64,000 nucleotides of DNA from Acidobacteriota bacterium. GTDB lineage: Bacteria > Acidobacteriota > UBA890 > WLXD01. The stretch spans positions 1,664,001 through 1,728,000 of the forward strand of contig CAXWPH010000015.1 in NCBI GenBank assembly GCA_963666055.2, read 5' to 3'. This document shows positions 20,322 to 29,543 of this stretch, piece after piece; positions within the stretch are counted from its first letter, which is position 1, and each line of letters opens with the position of its first letter. The notes beneath the pieces were generated by a model. That model saw only the letters and a list, made by a program, of their open reading frames with translations. It was not told where the DNA came from and searched no databases. A program made the translations under genes and the position numbers.

Positions 20322-21104
20322 ATGCCGGTGCGCCGCCTTGCCGAAATGACCTGGGAGGAGGTGCGCGATCTCGAGCGAGACAATACCGTCATCGTCCTGC
20401 CGACCGGCGCGATTGAGGCTCATGGCCCCCATTTACCTCTGCAGACCGACGTCATCATCGCCTCGGCGATGGCACGGTCGGGTGCCGAGAAGATGGCTGC
20501 TGCGGGCTGGCTGCCGCTCCTGTTGCCAGCGATCACCTATACGGCCGCTCCGTTCGCTGAAGCATTTCCGGGCACCGTCTCGGTGACTCCGGCAGTGGCC
20601 GTTGCCACCATCGTCGAGGTGGCGCGGAGCTTCGCGCGCCATGGCTTCAGGTTCGTGGCGCTTGCCAACGCCCACTTCGATCCAGCACACGTGGCGACCA
20701 TTCACGGAGCGGTCGACACGTTGGCGACCGAGGCAGGTCTGACAACCGTCTTCCCCGACGTCACCAAGCGTCCCTGGGTTACGCGACTCACCGACGAGTT
20801 CAAGACGGGCGCCTGTCACGCCGGCCAATACGAGGGCTCCATAGTCCTCGCCGAGCGACCGGAGTTGGTTCGCAACGAGATACGCGCCACGCTCCCGGAC
20901 AATCCAGCCTCGCTATCGCAGGCGATCATCAACGGCGAGCGATCCTTCGAGGCGGCGGGAGGGGGGCGCGCCTACTTCGGCTATCCTGCTAACGCCACCG
21001 CCGAGGAGGGTCGCCAGACAGTGGATATTCTTGGGACGATCCTCTGTGAGGCGGTACTGGAGGTAGTCGACATTAGCAACCATGCACCGGACCGGACGAC
21101 ATGA
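20322..21104 (+). CDS. creatininase/amidohydrolase family protein
   Basis: LAEMTWEE, LPTGAIEAHGPHLPLQTD, NAH, CHAGQYE. Confidence 0.9.
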   Translation: MPVRRLAEMTWEEVRDLERDNTVIVLPTGAIEAHGPHLPLQTDVIIASAMARSGAEKMAAAGWLPLLLPAITYTAAPFAEAFPGTVSVTPAVAVATIVEVARSFARHGFRFVALANAHFDPAHVATIHGAVDTLATEAGLTTVFPDVTKRPWVTRLTDEFKTGACHAGQYEGSIVLAERPELVRNEIRATLPDNPASLSQAIINGERSFEAAGGGRAYFGYPANATAEEGRQTVDILGTILCEAVLEVVDISNHAPDRTT

Positions 21105-21889
21105 CGACGAACGGCTCACTCGCTGGCAAGACGGCCTTGATCACCGGCGGCGGGCGCGGCATCGGCGCTGCGATCAGCGCAGTGCTCGCCGGTGCAAACG
21201 CGCACGTGTTGGTGGCAGCGCGCTCGGCGGATCAGGTCGAGAGGGTGGCCAGCGAGCTTCGCAACCGCGGGCTGCGCGCCGACGCCACCACCTGCGACGT
21301 CGCCAATCCGGAGAGCGTCGAAGCGCTGGCGCAGACCGCCGCCCTTCGGCTCGGCGCAGTCGACATCCTGGTGAACAACGCCGGCATCGCAAGCTCGGCG
21401 CCGCTGCACCACCAGACCCTGAAGGAATGGCGCCGGATTTTCGACATCAACGTCACCGGGACGTTCCTGTGCACCAAGGCGTTTGTCCCCGACATGGCAG
21501 CGCGCGGTTGGGGGCGAGTGGTCAACATCGGGTCGGTTCTGTCGCGCACCGGCGCCAAGTATGTTTCTGCCTACACGGCCTCGAAGCACGCGATGCTGGG
21601 TTTCACGCGCTGCATCGCGGCCGAGATGGCCAACCGCGGCGTCACGGTGAACGCGATCTGTCCCGGATACGTCGATACCGACATGGTCACGAACGCGATC
21701 GAAAACATCATGAGCAAGACTGGCATAAGCCGCGACGAAGCCAACGCATCGATCTTGCAGAGCACGCCGCAGCAGCGCCTCATCGAGCCCGACGAGGTCG
21801 CGCAGCTGGCCTTGTTCCTTTGCCAGGAGGCGGGGCGCAGTATCAATGGTCAGGACCTCGGAATCGATGGTGGAGATTTCATGGGATGA
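21101..21889 (+). CDS. short-chain dehydrogenase/reductase (AbmB-like)
   Basis: TGGGRGIG, NNAG, YTASKH, PGYVDT. Confidence 0.95.
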   Translation: MTTNGSLAGKTALITGGGRGIGAAISAVLAGANAHVLVAARSADQVERVASELRNRGLRADATTCDVANPESVEALAQTAALRLGAVDILVNNAGIASSAPLHHQTLKEWRRIFDINVTGTFLCTKAFVPDMAARGWGRVVNIGSVLSRTGAKYVSAYTASKHAMLGFTRCIAAEMANRGVTVNAICPGYVDTDMVTNAIENIMSKTGISRDEANASILQSTPQQRLIEPDEVAQLALFLCQEAGRSINGQDLGIDGGDFMG

Positions 21890-22332
21890 GCTACCAAGTC
21901 ATCAACCCGGAGCAACTGGGGGCGCCGCGAGGCTGGAACAACGGCATGCTCGGACCGGCCGGGGGGCGCGTGCTCTTCGTCGCGGGACAGACGGCGCATG
22001 ACGGCAGTGGTGGCGTGCCAGACGCAGGGTTCGTGGAACAGTTTGGTCGAGCCCTCGACAACACCCTGGCGGTGGTGCGCGACGCTGGGGGCACACCGAG
22101 CGATATCGGTCGCATGACGGTGTTCGTCACCGACATCGAGGCCTACCGCGAGAGCTTGCCGGAGCTCGGCGAGCTTTGGCGGCCGCGCATGGGCGGTCAC
22201 TATCCGGCGATGGCGCTGATGGAGGTCAAGAGCCTGGTCGACGAACGGGCGCTGGTGGAGATCGAAGCGACAGCGGTGCTGCCGGAGCACACCTCGTTAC
22301 GAGGAGATGACAACGCGCCGGTTGTGACCTGA
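21886..22332 (+). CDS. RidA/YjgF family protein (AbmF-like)
   Basis: INPEQLGAPRGW, LFVAGQ, HYPAM, LVEIEATAV; ATGA overlap with SDR. Confidence 0.9.
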   Translation: MSYQVINPEQLGAPRGWNNGMLGPAGGRVLFVAGQTAHDGSGGVPDAGFVEQFGRALDNTLAVVRDAGGTPSDIGRMTVFVTDIEAYRESLPELGELWRPRMGGHYPAMALMEVKSLVDERALVEIEATAVLPEHTSLRGDDNAPVVT

Positions 22333-22346
22333 CTGAGACGAAAGCC

Positions 22347-23219
22347 ATGTCGATTGCACCCACGAGCTTCCTCTACGACCACGATCGCGGCACCGGCGTT
22401 GCCACGCTGATCCTGAATCGTCCAGACAAGCTGAACGCGATCACGTTCGAGGTCTACGACGAGCTTCGCCAGACGTTCCGGGCGCTCGACACCGAGCAAG
22501 ACGTGCGCGCAGTGGTGATCACCGGCCAGGGAAAGGCTTTCTGCTCGGGGGGCGACATCAACGACATCATCGGCCCGCTGTTGCACCGAGACCTCGACGA
22601 GCTACACGAGTTCACCGCCATGACCTGTGATCTCATCAGGGCAATGCGGTCGTGTCGCCGGCCCGTCGTCGCGGCGTTGAACGGTACGGCCGCCGGCGCC
22701 GGCGCGGCGATCGCCACGGCGTGCGACCTTCGCATCGCCGCGGAGTCGGCTCGTATCGCCTTCCTGTTCGCCAGGGTCGGCCTATCAGGGGCCGACATGG
22801 GCTCGTGCTGGATGCTGCCACGCATCGTGGGGTTGGGGCGGGCCGCTGAACTGCTGCTCACCGGGGAGTTCATCGACGCCGCCGAGGCATATCGAATCGG
22901 GCTCTATAACCACGTCGTCGCCGACGGCAGGGCGCTCGAGGTGGCGCTAAACGTGGCCGAGAAGCTGGCGTGCGGCCCATCTTACGCGCACGGCATCACC
23001 AAGGAGCACCTCGACCTCGAGGCCGACATGAGGCTCGACGATGCACTTGATCGCGAGGCCACCGTGCAGGCAGTGTGCATGCGCCACCCCGACTTTGATA
23101 GCGCTTACCAGGCGTTCGTCGAGCGGCGCGAGCCCGAGTTCAATACCTCGAACATCGATGACGCTGCCCCGGGGGCTCACCAGGAGGCCGGCCAACCAGA
23201 TCCGGCGGCCGACGCATGA
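22347..23219 (+). CDS. enoyl-CoA hydratase/isomerase (AbmC-like)
   Basis: LNRPDKLNA, AFCSGGD, AAGAGA, FARVGLSGADMG. Confidence 0.95.
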   Translation: MSIAPTSFLYDHDRGTGVATLILNRPDKLNAITFEVYDELRQTFRALDTEQDVRAVVITGQGKAFCSGGDINDIIGPLLHRDLDELHEFTAMTCDLIRAMRSCRRPVVAALNGTAAGAGAAIATACDLRIAAESARIAFLFARVGLSGADMGSCWMLPRIVGLGRAAELLLTGEFIDAAEAYRIGLYNHVVADGRALEVALNVAEKLACGPSYAHGITKEHLDLEADMRLDDALDREATVQAVCMRHPDFDSAYQAFVERREPEFNTSNIDDAAPGAHQEAGQPDPAADA

Positions 23220-23325
23220 CAGATGTAGGCGTCTATGTCGACCCGCGCGAGGTAGAGTTTCTGGAGGAGTTCCCCCGCACCATCTCGGCAAGATCGATCG
23301 CGGTGCGATCAAGCGGTGCGGGTAG
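23216..23325 (+). pseudogene. remnant: C-terminus of an AMP-binding CoA ligase
   Basis: PREVEFLEEFPRT / HLGKIDRGAIK (A10 motif of adenylate-forming enzymes) with a 1-nt frameshift. Confidence 0.7.
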
Positions 23326-23337
23326 CCGGAGAGTGTG

Positions 23338-24387
23338 ATGCCCAAGGGGCTACGTACCGTATTGGTGGTCGTTTCGGCGCTGGCCCTGGTTTCGTTCGCG
23401 CTCCTGCTGATCAACCAGACTGCGGGCGTCGTAGCGCTGGCGGAGGCCTTCCGGCCGGGCCTGGGGCAGGGAGTGCTCTGGGGGCTGGTGGGCATCTACA
23501 CCGTGCTGGTAATCATGCCGCTGGTGTTGTTCGTGCGGCTGCGCAAGCCTCTGGTGGCGCCCGCCTCGACCGAGGGGCCGGAATACGAAGCGTACCTGCG
23601 GCTGCTCGCGGCGCGACTGTCCGCAAGCTCGCATGCAGCGGGTCGCTCGCTCGAAACAGCCGACCAGATCGAGGTGGTGCTCGCGGAGATCGGCAAACGC
23701 GCCGATGCTCTGGTCAAGGCGCACGCCGGGCGGGTGTTCCTTGCCACCGCGGTATCGCAGAGCGGGCGGCTCGACGCCTTCATGGTGCTCGGCATCCAAA
23801 TGCAAATGGTCTGGCAGTTGGCGCACCTGTACGCGCAGCGCCCGACCATTCGTGAGCTGCTCCATCTGTATGCCAACGTGGCGGCGACCGCCTTCGTGGC
23901 CGGTTCGCTCGAGGACATTGACGTCAGCGAGCAAGTGGCGCCGATTCTGTCTGCGGCGCTGCCCACGATCGCGGCCGAGGTACCCGGACTACGTCTCGCG
24001 GCCGGGTTGGTGGCCAACTCAATCGTTACCGGCAGCGCCAACGCGTTCCTGACCCTGCGCGTGGGAATGGTGGCCAAGCGGTACTGCGCACCGCTGGTGG
24101 CGCAAGAGCGTGGAGTCGTTCGGCGTGCCGCAGTGACCCAGGCCACACGGCTGCTCGGCGAGGTCGTCGCGAGCGGCAGTACCAAGGTGTCCAAGGCAAT
24201 CTGGGATGCGTCGCGGCGGGGAGTGAGCGCCACTGTCTCGGGCGTTGCCGGATTGGCGAAGGACGCCGGCGGTACCGTCGCCGGCCTTGCCAAGGGAGCG
24301 GGCCAAGCTGTCGCCGGCCTCGCCAAGGGCGCCGGCGAGACGGCGTTCTCGGCCGCCCGGCGAACCGGAAAACGGCACGAATCGTAG
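23338..24387 (+). CDS. YcjF/DUF697 family membrane protein
   Basis: VFLATAVSQSGRLDA, GSANAFLTLRVG, two N-terminal TM segments. Confidence 0.75.
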   Translation: MPKGLRTVLVVVSALALVSFALLLINQTAGVVALAEAFRPGLGQGVLWGLVGIYTVLVIMPLVLFVRLRKPLVAPASTEGPEYEAYLRLLAARLSASSHAAGRSLETADQIEVVLAEIGKRADALVKAHAGRVFLATAVSQSGRLDAFMVLGIQMQMVWQLAHLYAQRPTIRELLHLYANVAATAFVAGSLEDIDVSEQVAPILSAALPTIAAEVPGLRLAAGLVANSIVTGSANAFLTLRVGMVAKRYCAPLVAQERGVVRRAAVTQATRLLGEVVASGSTKVSKAIWDASRRGVSATVSGVAGLAKDAGGTVAGLAKGAGQAVAGLAKGAGETAFSAARRTGKRHES

Positions 24388-24484
24388 GGCGCAGGTGCTC
24401 CCGCCAGCGATTGGGGAGTTCGCATGGCACAGCCTACGCCCGCAATACTTCCACCACGTCGTGCGAGTGTCCGGAGTCAGGCCT

Positions 24485-25573
24485 CTAGCCCGCCACCGTT
24501 CCACAGACGCTCGGTGACGGAAGCTCGGCCGACCCAGGTGCGAAAGGCCCTCCGGTGAAGCCGAGGTTGTTCCGCGTACCGTCGAGGTCGTTGCACGCCG
24601 TGGCAGGGTCGCCGCGATCCAGCGCCTTGCCGGTTCCCGCCAGCTCGAAGTCGCTGTAACGAGCCGCGTCGGCACTGGCCGGCGGGCGGGCCGCGAAGTT
24701 CGGGTTGCCGTCGACGTTGTGCCCTACCAGCGGGTCGGGTCGTTGGCTCTGAAGGAGGCGGATCTTCTTCCAGTCGCGCCCGTCGCGCAGAATTGCCGCC
24801 ACCGTATTGCGGTGGAAACCGTTGTAGTGGATTGATGCCCGGCCATCACTGAAGTCACAGATGCCGCGCCCGCGGCGGTTTCCGCCCGACTGTGAACCGT
24901 TCCATGCCAGCACGTTGTTGCGGATGACCGGCGCGCCACCGTGGGAGATCAGGGCGTTGCTGTCGGTGCGCACGATGGTGTTGTTGATCACCCAAGGCGA
25001 GGCCCCGACGATCTCCACCGCATGCGGATCGCCGCCGTCGTTGGTGTTGTAGATGATCAGGTTGTTGTAGATGAGCGGGCTGGCGTTGCCGCCGATGTAG
25101 ATTCCGCTTCCCTGCAGCGCGGCGCGGTTCTGCGTGACGATCGTGCGTACCACCGTCGGGCTGGCACCGCGAATGTAGATGCCTCCGCCGCGGCTGGCGA
25201 CGCCGCCCGTTATCACCACGGAGTCCAGCACACTGCCCGGTCCCTCTCGACTCGAGAAGCGCACCACAGGACCGCGCCCGGTGCCCCGGATAACGGTGGC
25301 CTCGCCGGCGCCGACAATCCGGATCGCCTTGCCGCGGAAGTCGATGCGCTCGCCGTAGTCGCCGGCCGCCAGCTCGATCACGTCGCCATCGACGGCCCTA
25401 TCGATGGCCGCCTGAATCGACTCTTCCGGCGCCACCTGAATCGTGTCGCCACGCCGATCGATACTTGTCAGCTGGGGGTGTGCGGTCGTCGCCATGCTCG
25501 CGAGCGCGGCGAGTACCACTACACGGCGCAGCGTCGGCCGCATCGATGTTTCCTCGATCGGTGGCGCGCTCAT
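24485..25573 (-). CDS. secreted right-handed parallel beta-helix protein
   Basis: SIQAAID, IDFRGKAI, GGGIYI, Asn-rich NNLII/NNTIV repeats, signal-like N-terminus. Confidence 0.8.
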   Translation of the reverse strand: MSAPPIEETSMRPTLRRVVVLAALASMATTAHPQLTSIDRRGDTIQVAPEESIQAAIDRAVDGDVIELAAGDYGERIDFRGKAIRIVGAGEATVIRGTGRGPVVRFSSREGPGSVLDSVVITGGVASRGGGIYIRGASPTVVRTIVTQNRAALQGSGIYIGGNASPLIYNNLIIYNTNDGGDPHAVEIVGASPWVINNTIVRTDSNALISHGGAPVIRNNVLAWNGSQSGGNRRGRGICDFSDGRASIHYNGFHRNTVAAILRDGRDWKKIRLLQSQRPDPLVGHNVDGNPNFAARPPASADAARYSDFELAGTGKALDRGDPATACNDLDGTRNNLGFTGGPFAPGSAELPSPSVCGTVAG

Positions 25574-25774
25574 CGCACGGTGGGCTGATCTCGTGAGTAT
25601 GCTATCCGATTCTGGCTACGCCGGGCGGTTGCTCGGGTCTGAATATACGGGTCACGCGCAGGGCCACGCAGTCGAAAGATGCGGCCCGCGTGTCCAAAAA
25701 GATGCGACCTGCGCGTCCAATAGGAGACAATAGGCACTCCCTGCTTCCCATCGGGTCTGGAGCGCGAATCATCG

Positions 25775-26998
25775 ATGCGCGATCACCGATACCGCACGCC
25801 TTGCGGCGTGCTGGCAACTGTCATGCTGCTGCCGTGGCTGGCCGGCTGTTCTGGTGAGCGGGTCGCGGTTGCCGATCCGTCAATCCCGGAAGCGCTCGCC
25901 GCCGCAGAGGACATGGTTCGCGAGGGGACGTTCCGGCAGACGTTGTTGATGACCGGTGAGCTGAAAGCGGCGTACGGGGAGCAGGTGCAAATACCACGGC
26001 TGCCCAGCTGGGAGACGACGATCCGGTGGATGGTTGCGGACGGAGCGCTCGTTGCCGAGGGTGATCGATTGGTCGAGCTCAATACAGCGGAGATCGCCAG
26101 CGACCTGGAGAACAAGATCACCGCTCGCCAGACCGCGGCAAATCAGCTCGTTCGTCGTCAAGCCGAGCTCCAAGGGGAGACAGCACAGAAGGAGTTCGAT
26201 GTCGAGCGCAACCGAGTGGCGATGCGTAAGGCCGAGATCGAAGCGCAGGTTCCCGAGGAAGTTCAGACGCGCAAGACCTACCAGGAAAAACAGCTCGCCT
26301 ACGAGCAGGCGCTGGTTGCCTACGAGAAGGCGATGGTCGACATGCAGGGGCATCTGGAAGCCGCCGAGGCCGAGCTCGATGTGCTCCGTATCGACATCGT
26401 CCAGAGCGAGCGCGAAGTAGCGGTGGCACGCCGGGCCATCGAGGCCATGCTGCTGCGGTCCCCCCAGTCGGGAATCGCGGTGGTGCTCGAGAATCGTCGC
26501 GAGGATCGTAAGTTCCAGGTCGGCGATACGGTCTGGGTGAGCGCCGCGATCCTCGAGATCCCCGACCTGTCCGAGATGGTTGTCGAAGCTCGGCTGTCCG
26601 ATGTCGATGATGGCAAGATCACGCTCGGTATGCGCGCCGGGTGCACGCTGGATGCGTACCCGGCACGGACCATCGGTGGGGTCGTGCGCGCCATCGCCCC
26701 GATCGCCACCGCTGGAGGGCGGCGGTCGATGCAGCGATTCTTCATCGTCGAGCTCGACCTCGACGAATCCGACCCGGAGCTCATGCGCCCCGGAATGTCG
26801 GTAAAGGTCGAAGTGGAAACCACACTCCGCGAGCGTGCCGTGCTCGTTTCTCGGCGGGCGCTCGAGTTCGAGGACGACGGCGCCTACGTGCTCCTGGCCG
26901 ACGCCGACCGCCAGCGCGTCCGGCTGGGGCCATGCAATGCGCAAGACTGTGTGCTCGAAGAGGGCCCGCCGTTGGGTACCCAGGTGAGCCTCCGCTGA
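25775..26998 (+). CDS. efflux periplasmic adaptor (HlyD/MacA-like) 1
   Basis: Lipobox LAGC, long coiled coil, MRPGMSV. Confidence 0.9.
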   Translation: MRDHRYRTPCGVLATVMLLPWLAGCSGERVAVADPSIPEALAAAEDMVREGTFRQTLLMTGELKAAYGEQVQIPRLPSWETTIRWMVADGALVAEGDRLVELNTAEIASDLENKITARQTAANQLVRRQAELQGETAQKEFDVERNRVAMRKAEIEAQVPEEVQTRKTYQEKQLAYEQALVAYEKAMVDMQGHLEAAEAELDVLRIDIVQSEREVAVARRAIEAMLLRSPQSGIAVVLENRREDRKFQVGDTVWVSAAILEIPDLSEMVVEARLSDVDDGKITLGMRAGCTLDAYPARTIGGVVRAIAPIATAGGRRSMQRFFIVELDLDESDPELMRPGMSVKVEVETTLRERAVLVSRRALEFEDDGAYVLLADADRQRVRLGPCNAQDCVLEEGPPLGTQVSLR

Positions 26999-28257
26999 TG
27001 CCGTCGACCGGCGATCAACCTGCACGAGCCGGATGGCGCCGCCACGGTGCCGCCCTGCGCCTCGTCGCTGTCGTTGCCACGCTCGTCGTCGGTGTGGGTT
27101 GGTGGCTTTCGGCGACATTCGCCTCCGGTCCCGAGGTGTCTTGGGCGGCCGCGAAGATCGACGACCTGGTGATCGGTGTCGATGTCGAAGGCACCCTGGC
27201 ATCGCGTGACTCGAGTCAGCTCGGGGCCCTGCTGGTGCAGGACTTCTACGACTTCACGATCCGTTTCATGGCCGCGGAAGGTTCGCAGGTAAAACAGAGC
27301 GAAGCGGTGCTGAAGTTCGATACGTCGGAGCTGGACAGCCGGCTGTTGCAGCTACAGACAGAAGCGGCGGAGGCTGACAAGAACATCGAGAAGCGCGACG
27401 GCGACACCCAGCAGGAGCTCATGACCCTGGAGCTACAGCTCGCTGAGGCGGAAGCCAATCTCAGCAAGGCGCGCCTGCAGAACGATGTGCCCGACGACCT
27501 GCGCTCCGCCAACCAGGCGGAGATCGATCGGCTGGATCTGGGAGTTGCCGAGGTGGAGGTGCGTAGCCTCGAGGGACGACTGACCGCCGCCACGACAGCT
27601 GCCGCAGCGCAGCGCGCGGCGCTGGTGGCGCAACGCGACCGCGCCGTGCGGCTGGTGGCCGCGACCGCGACCGCGATCAAGAGCCTGACGGTGAGCTCGC
27701 CCAGGGCGGGCACGGTCATCCATACGACCAACTGGCGCGGCGAGAAAAAGAAGGTGGGCGATTCAGCATGGCGCCATGATTCCATCATCGAGATTCCCAA
27801 CCTCGCCCTGATGATGGGGCGGGGAGAGGTCGATGAGGCAGATGCCGGCCGTGTTCACGAGGGACAGGCGGTGACGCTACGGCTCGATGCTCATCCGGAC
27901 ATCCGGTATGACGCGCGAATCGAAACGATGGCGATGACGGTGCAGCGTAAGCGCTCGTCGCGCAATCCGCTGAAGGTGATGCGGCTCGACCTGGCGCTCG
28001 CCGACACCGATACCAAGCGCATGCGGCCGGGTATGCGATTCCGGGGCACCGTGGAGACCGAGCGCATGACCGATGTGCTGGTGATCCCGGCGCACGCGGT
28101 GTTTCCGTCTGACAGTGGGCCGGTCGTCTATCGGCAGACTTTGTTCGGGTACGAGCACGTGCAGGTCGAGCTCGGCGCTCGCAACGCGCTCGCCGTGCAG
28201 GTGCTCAGCGGCCTCTCGGCCGGCGATCGTGTCGCCGAGGTACGACCGGGCGCATGA
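26998..28257 (+). CDS. efflux periplasmic adaptor 2
   Basis: N-terminal TM, coiled coil, VDEADAG, MRPGMRF; TGATG overlap. Confidence 0.9.
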   Translation: MPSTGDQPARAGWRRHGAALRLVAVVATLVVGVGWWLSATFASGPEVSWAAAKIDDLVIGVDVEGTLASRDSSQLGALLVQDFYDFTIRFMAAEGSQVKQSEAVLKFDTSELDSRLLQLQTEAAEADKNIEKRDGDTQQELMTLELQLAEAEANLSKARLQNDVPDDLRSANQAEIDRLDLGVAEVEVRSLEGRLTAATTAAAAQRAALVAQRDRAVRLVAATATAIKSLTVSSPRAGTVIHTTNWRGEKKKVGDSAWRHDSIIEIPNLALMMGRGEVDEADAGRVHEGQAVTLRLDAHPDIRYDARIETMAMTVQRKRSSRNPLKVMRLDLALADTDTKRMRPGMRFRGTVETERMTDVLVIPAHAVFPSDSGPVVYRQTLFGYEHVQVELGARNALAVQVLSGLSAGDRVAEVRPGA

Positions 28258-29543
28258 TGCCGCGCACCCGATGGATCGTGCTCGCCACGACCCTGCTGGT
28301 AGCCGTCGGCGGGGCGGTCGGACTGGCTCGCTCGTGGAGGGGCGTCGATACGCTAGCCACGTACCGGGTAGAGCGCCACCGCTTCCTGCACCGCATCGAT
28401 GCAGAGGGGATGCTAATCGCCGAGACCGCGACCGTGCTGACGGTGCCTACCACCGCGGCCAAGGAGCCCATGAAGATCGCCTGGCTGGCCCGCGACGGTT
28501 CGCATGTCGAAGCCGATCAGGTGGTGATCCGGTTCGATCCCACCGACATGGAGAACGAGCTGTTTAGCGGTCAAGCCGATCGCGACAAGGCGGCCAGCCG
28601 AACCCAGCAGACCAGCATCCAACAGAGCACCCAGCTGGATAACCTCGGCCGCGATGCGGCGCTGGCCACGCTGCAGCTCCAGCACGCCCGAGACTTCCAG
28701 AGTACCGACGCAGAGATCTATTCGAGCAAGGAGATCCTCGAGTCACAGATCGACGAGGAACTGGCCAGCACGCGCAAGCGACATGCCGAGGACGCGCGGG
28801 AGATCCGCGCCGAGATCGGTCAGGTAGAGCTCGACCTGCTCGATCTCGAGCGTCGCCGGGCGGAGCTCACCATCGAGAAGGCAGAGGCCGGATTGAGTGC
28901 GTTGGAGGTCAAGGCCCCACACGAGGGCATCTTCGTTCTGCGCCTCAATTGGATGGGGGAACCGCCGACTGTCGGCCAGGTTGCCTTCGGCAGCCAGCCG
29001 ATTGCCGAGATTCCGCAGCTCGGGGTGATGAAGGCCCAGATCTTCGTACTCGAGGCCGACGCTGGTGGCGTCGAGGTGGGTACCCGGGCCGAGGTCGTGC
29101 TGGAGTCCCATCCCGGCGAGATGGTCGAAGCCACCGTGCGGGTAGTCGCGGCGGTTGCCAAGCGACGCAACCGCTGGTCACCGGTGCAGTACTTCGACGT
29201 CGAGCTCGAGCTGTCGAACACCGACCCCACGATGATGAAGCCTGGCCAGAGGGTGCGGGCCACGCTGTTACTGCAGGACCTCGACGACGTGCTCGCGGTT
29301 CCGCGCGAGGCGGTGTTCCAGGATGACGATGGCAGCCCGTTCGTCTACCGGCGTGGCGTGAACGGGTACGAGGTGACCGCCGTAGAGCTGGGATCCGCGG
29401 CGCTGGGGCGCGTCGTGGTCAGCTCTGGAATCGCCGCCGGCGACGTCCTGGCGCTGGAGAATCCGACCCGCGTTGCCGTGGTATGGAAGAGCGAGGAGCA
29501 GTCGGATGGTCCAGGGCTCGTCGACACCGGGACGCGGCCTTGA
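28254..29543 (+). CDS. efflux periplasmic adaptor 3
   Basis: N-terminal TM, coiled coil, VLEADAG, MKPGQRV. Confidence 0.9.
   Translation: MMPRTRWIVLATTLLVAVGGAVGLARSWRGVDTLATYRVERHRFLHRIDAEGMLIAETATVLTVPTTAAKEPMKIAWLARDGSHVEADQVVIRFDPTDMENELFSGQADRDKAASRTQQTSIQQSTQLDNLGRDAALATLQLQHARDFQSTDAEIYSSKEILESQIDEELASTRKRHAEDAREIRAEIGQVELDLLDLERRRAELTIEKAEAGLSALEVKAPHEGIFVLRLNWMGEPPTVGQVAFGSQPIAEIPQLGVMKAQIFVLEADAGGVEVGTRAEVVLESHPGEMVEATVRVVAAVAKRRNRWSPVQYFDVELELSNTDPTMMKPGQRVRATLLLQDLDDVLAVPREAVFQDDDGSPFVYRRGVNGYEVTAVELGSAALGRVVVSSGIAAGDVLALENPTRVAVVWKSEEQSDGPGLVDTGTRP

Noticed and set aside
25650-25740. c-di-GMP-I riboswitch
   Set aside because: A GAAA-loop hairpin exists but the conserved GCAAAC/GACGCAAAG core is missing
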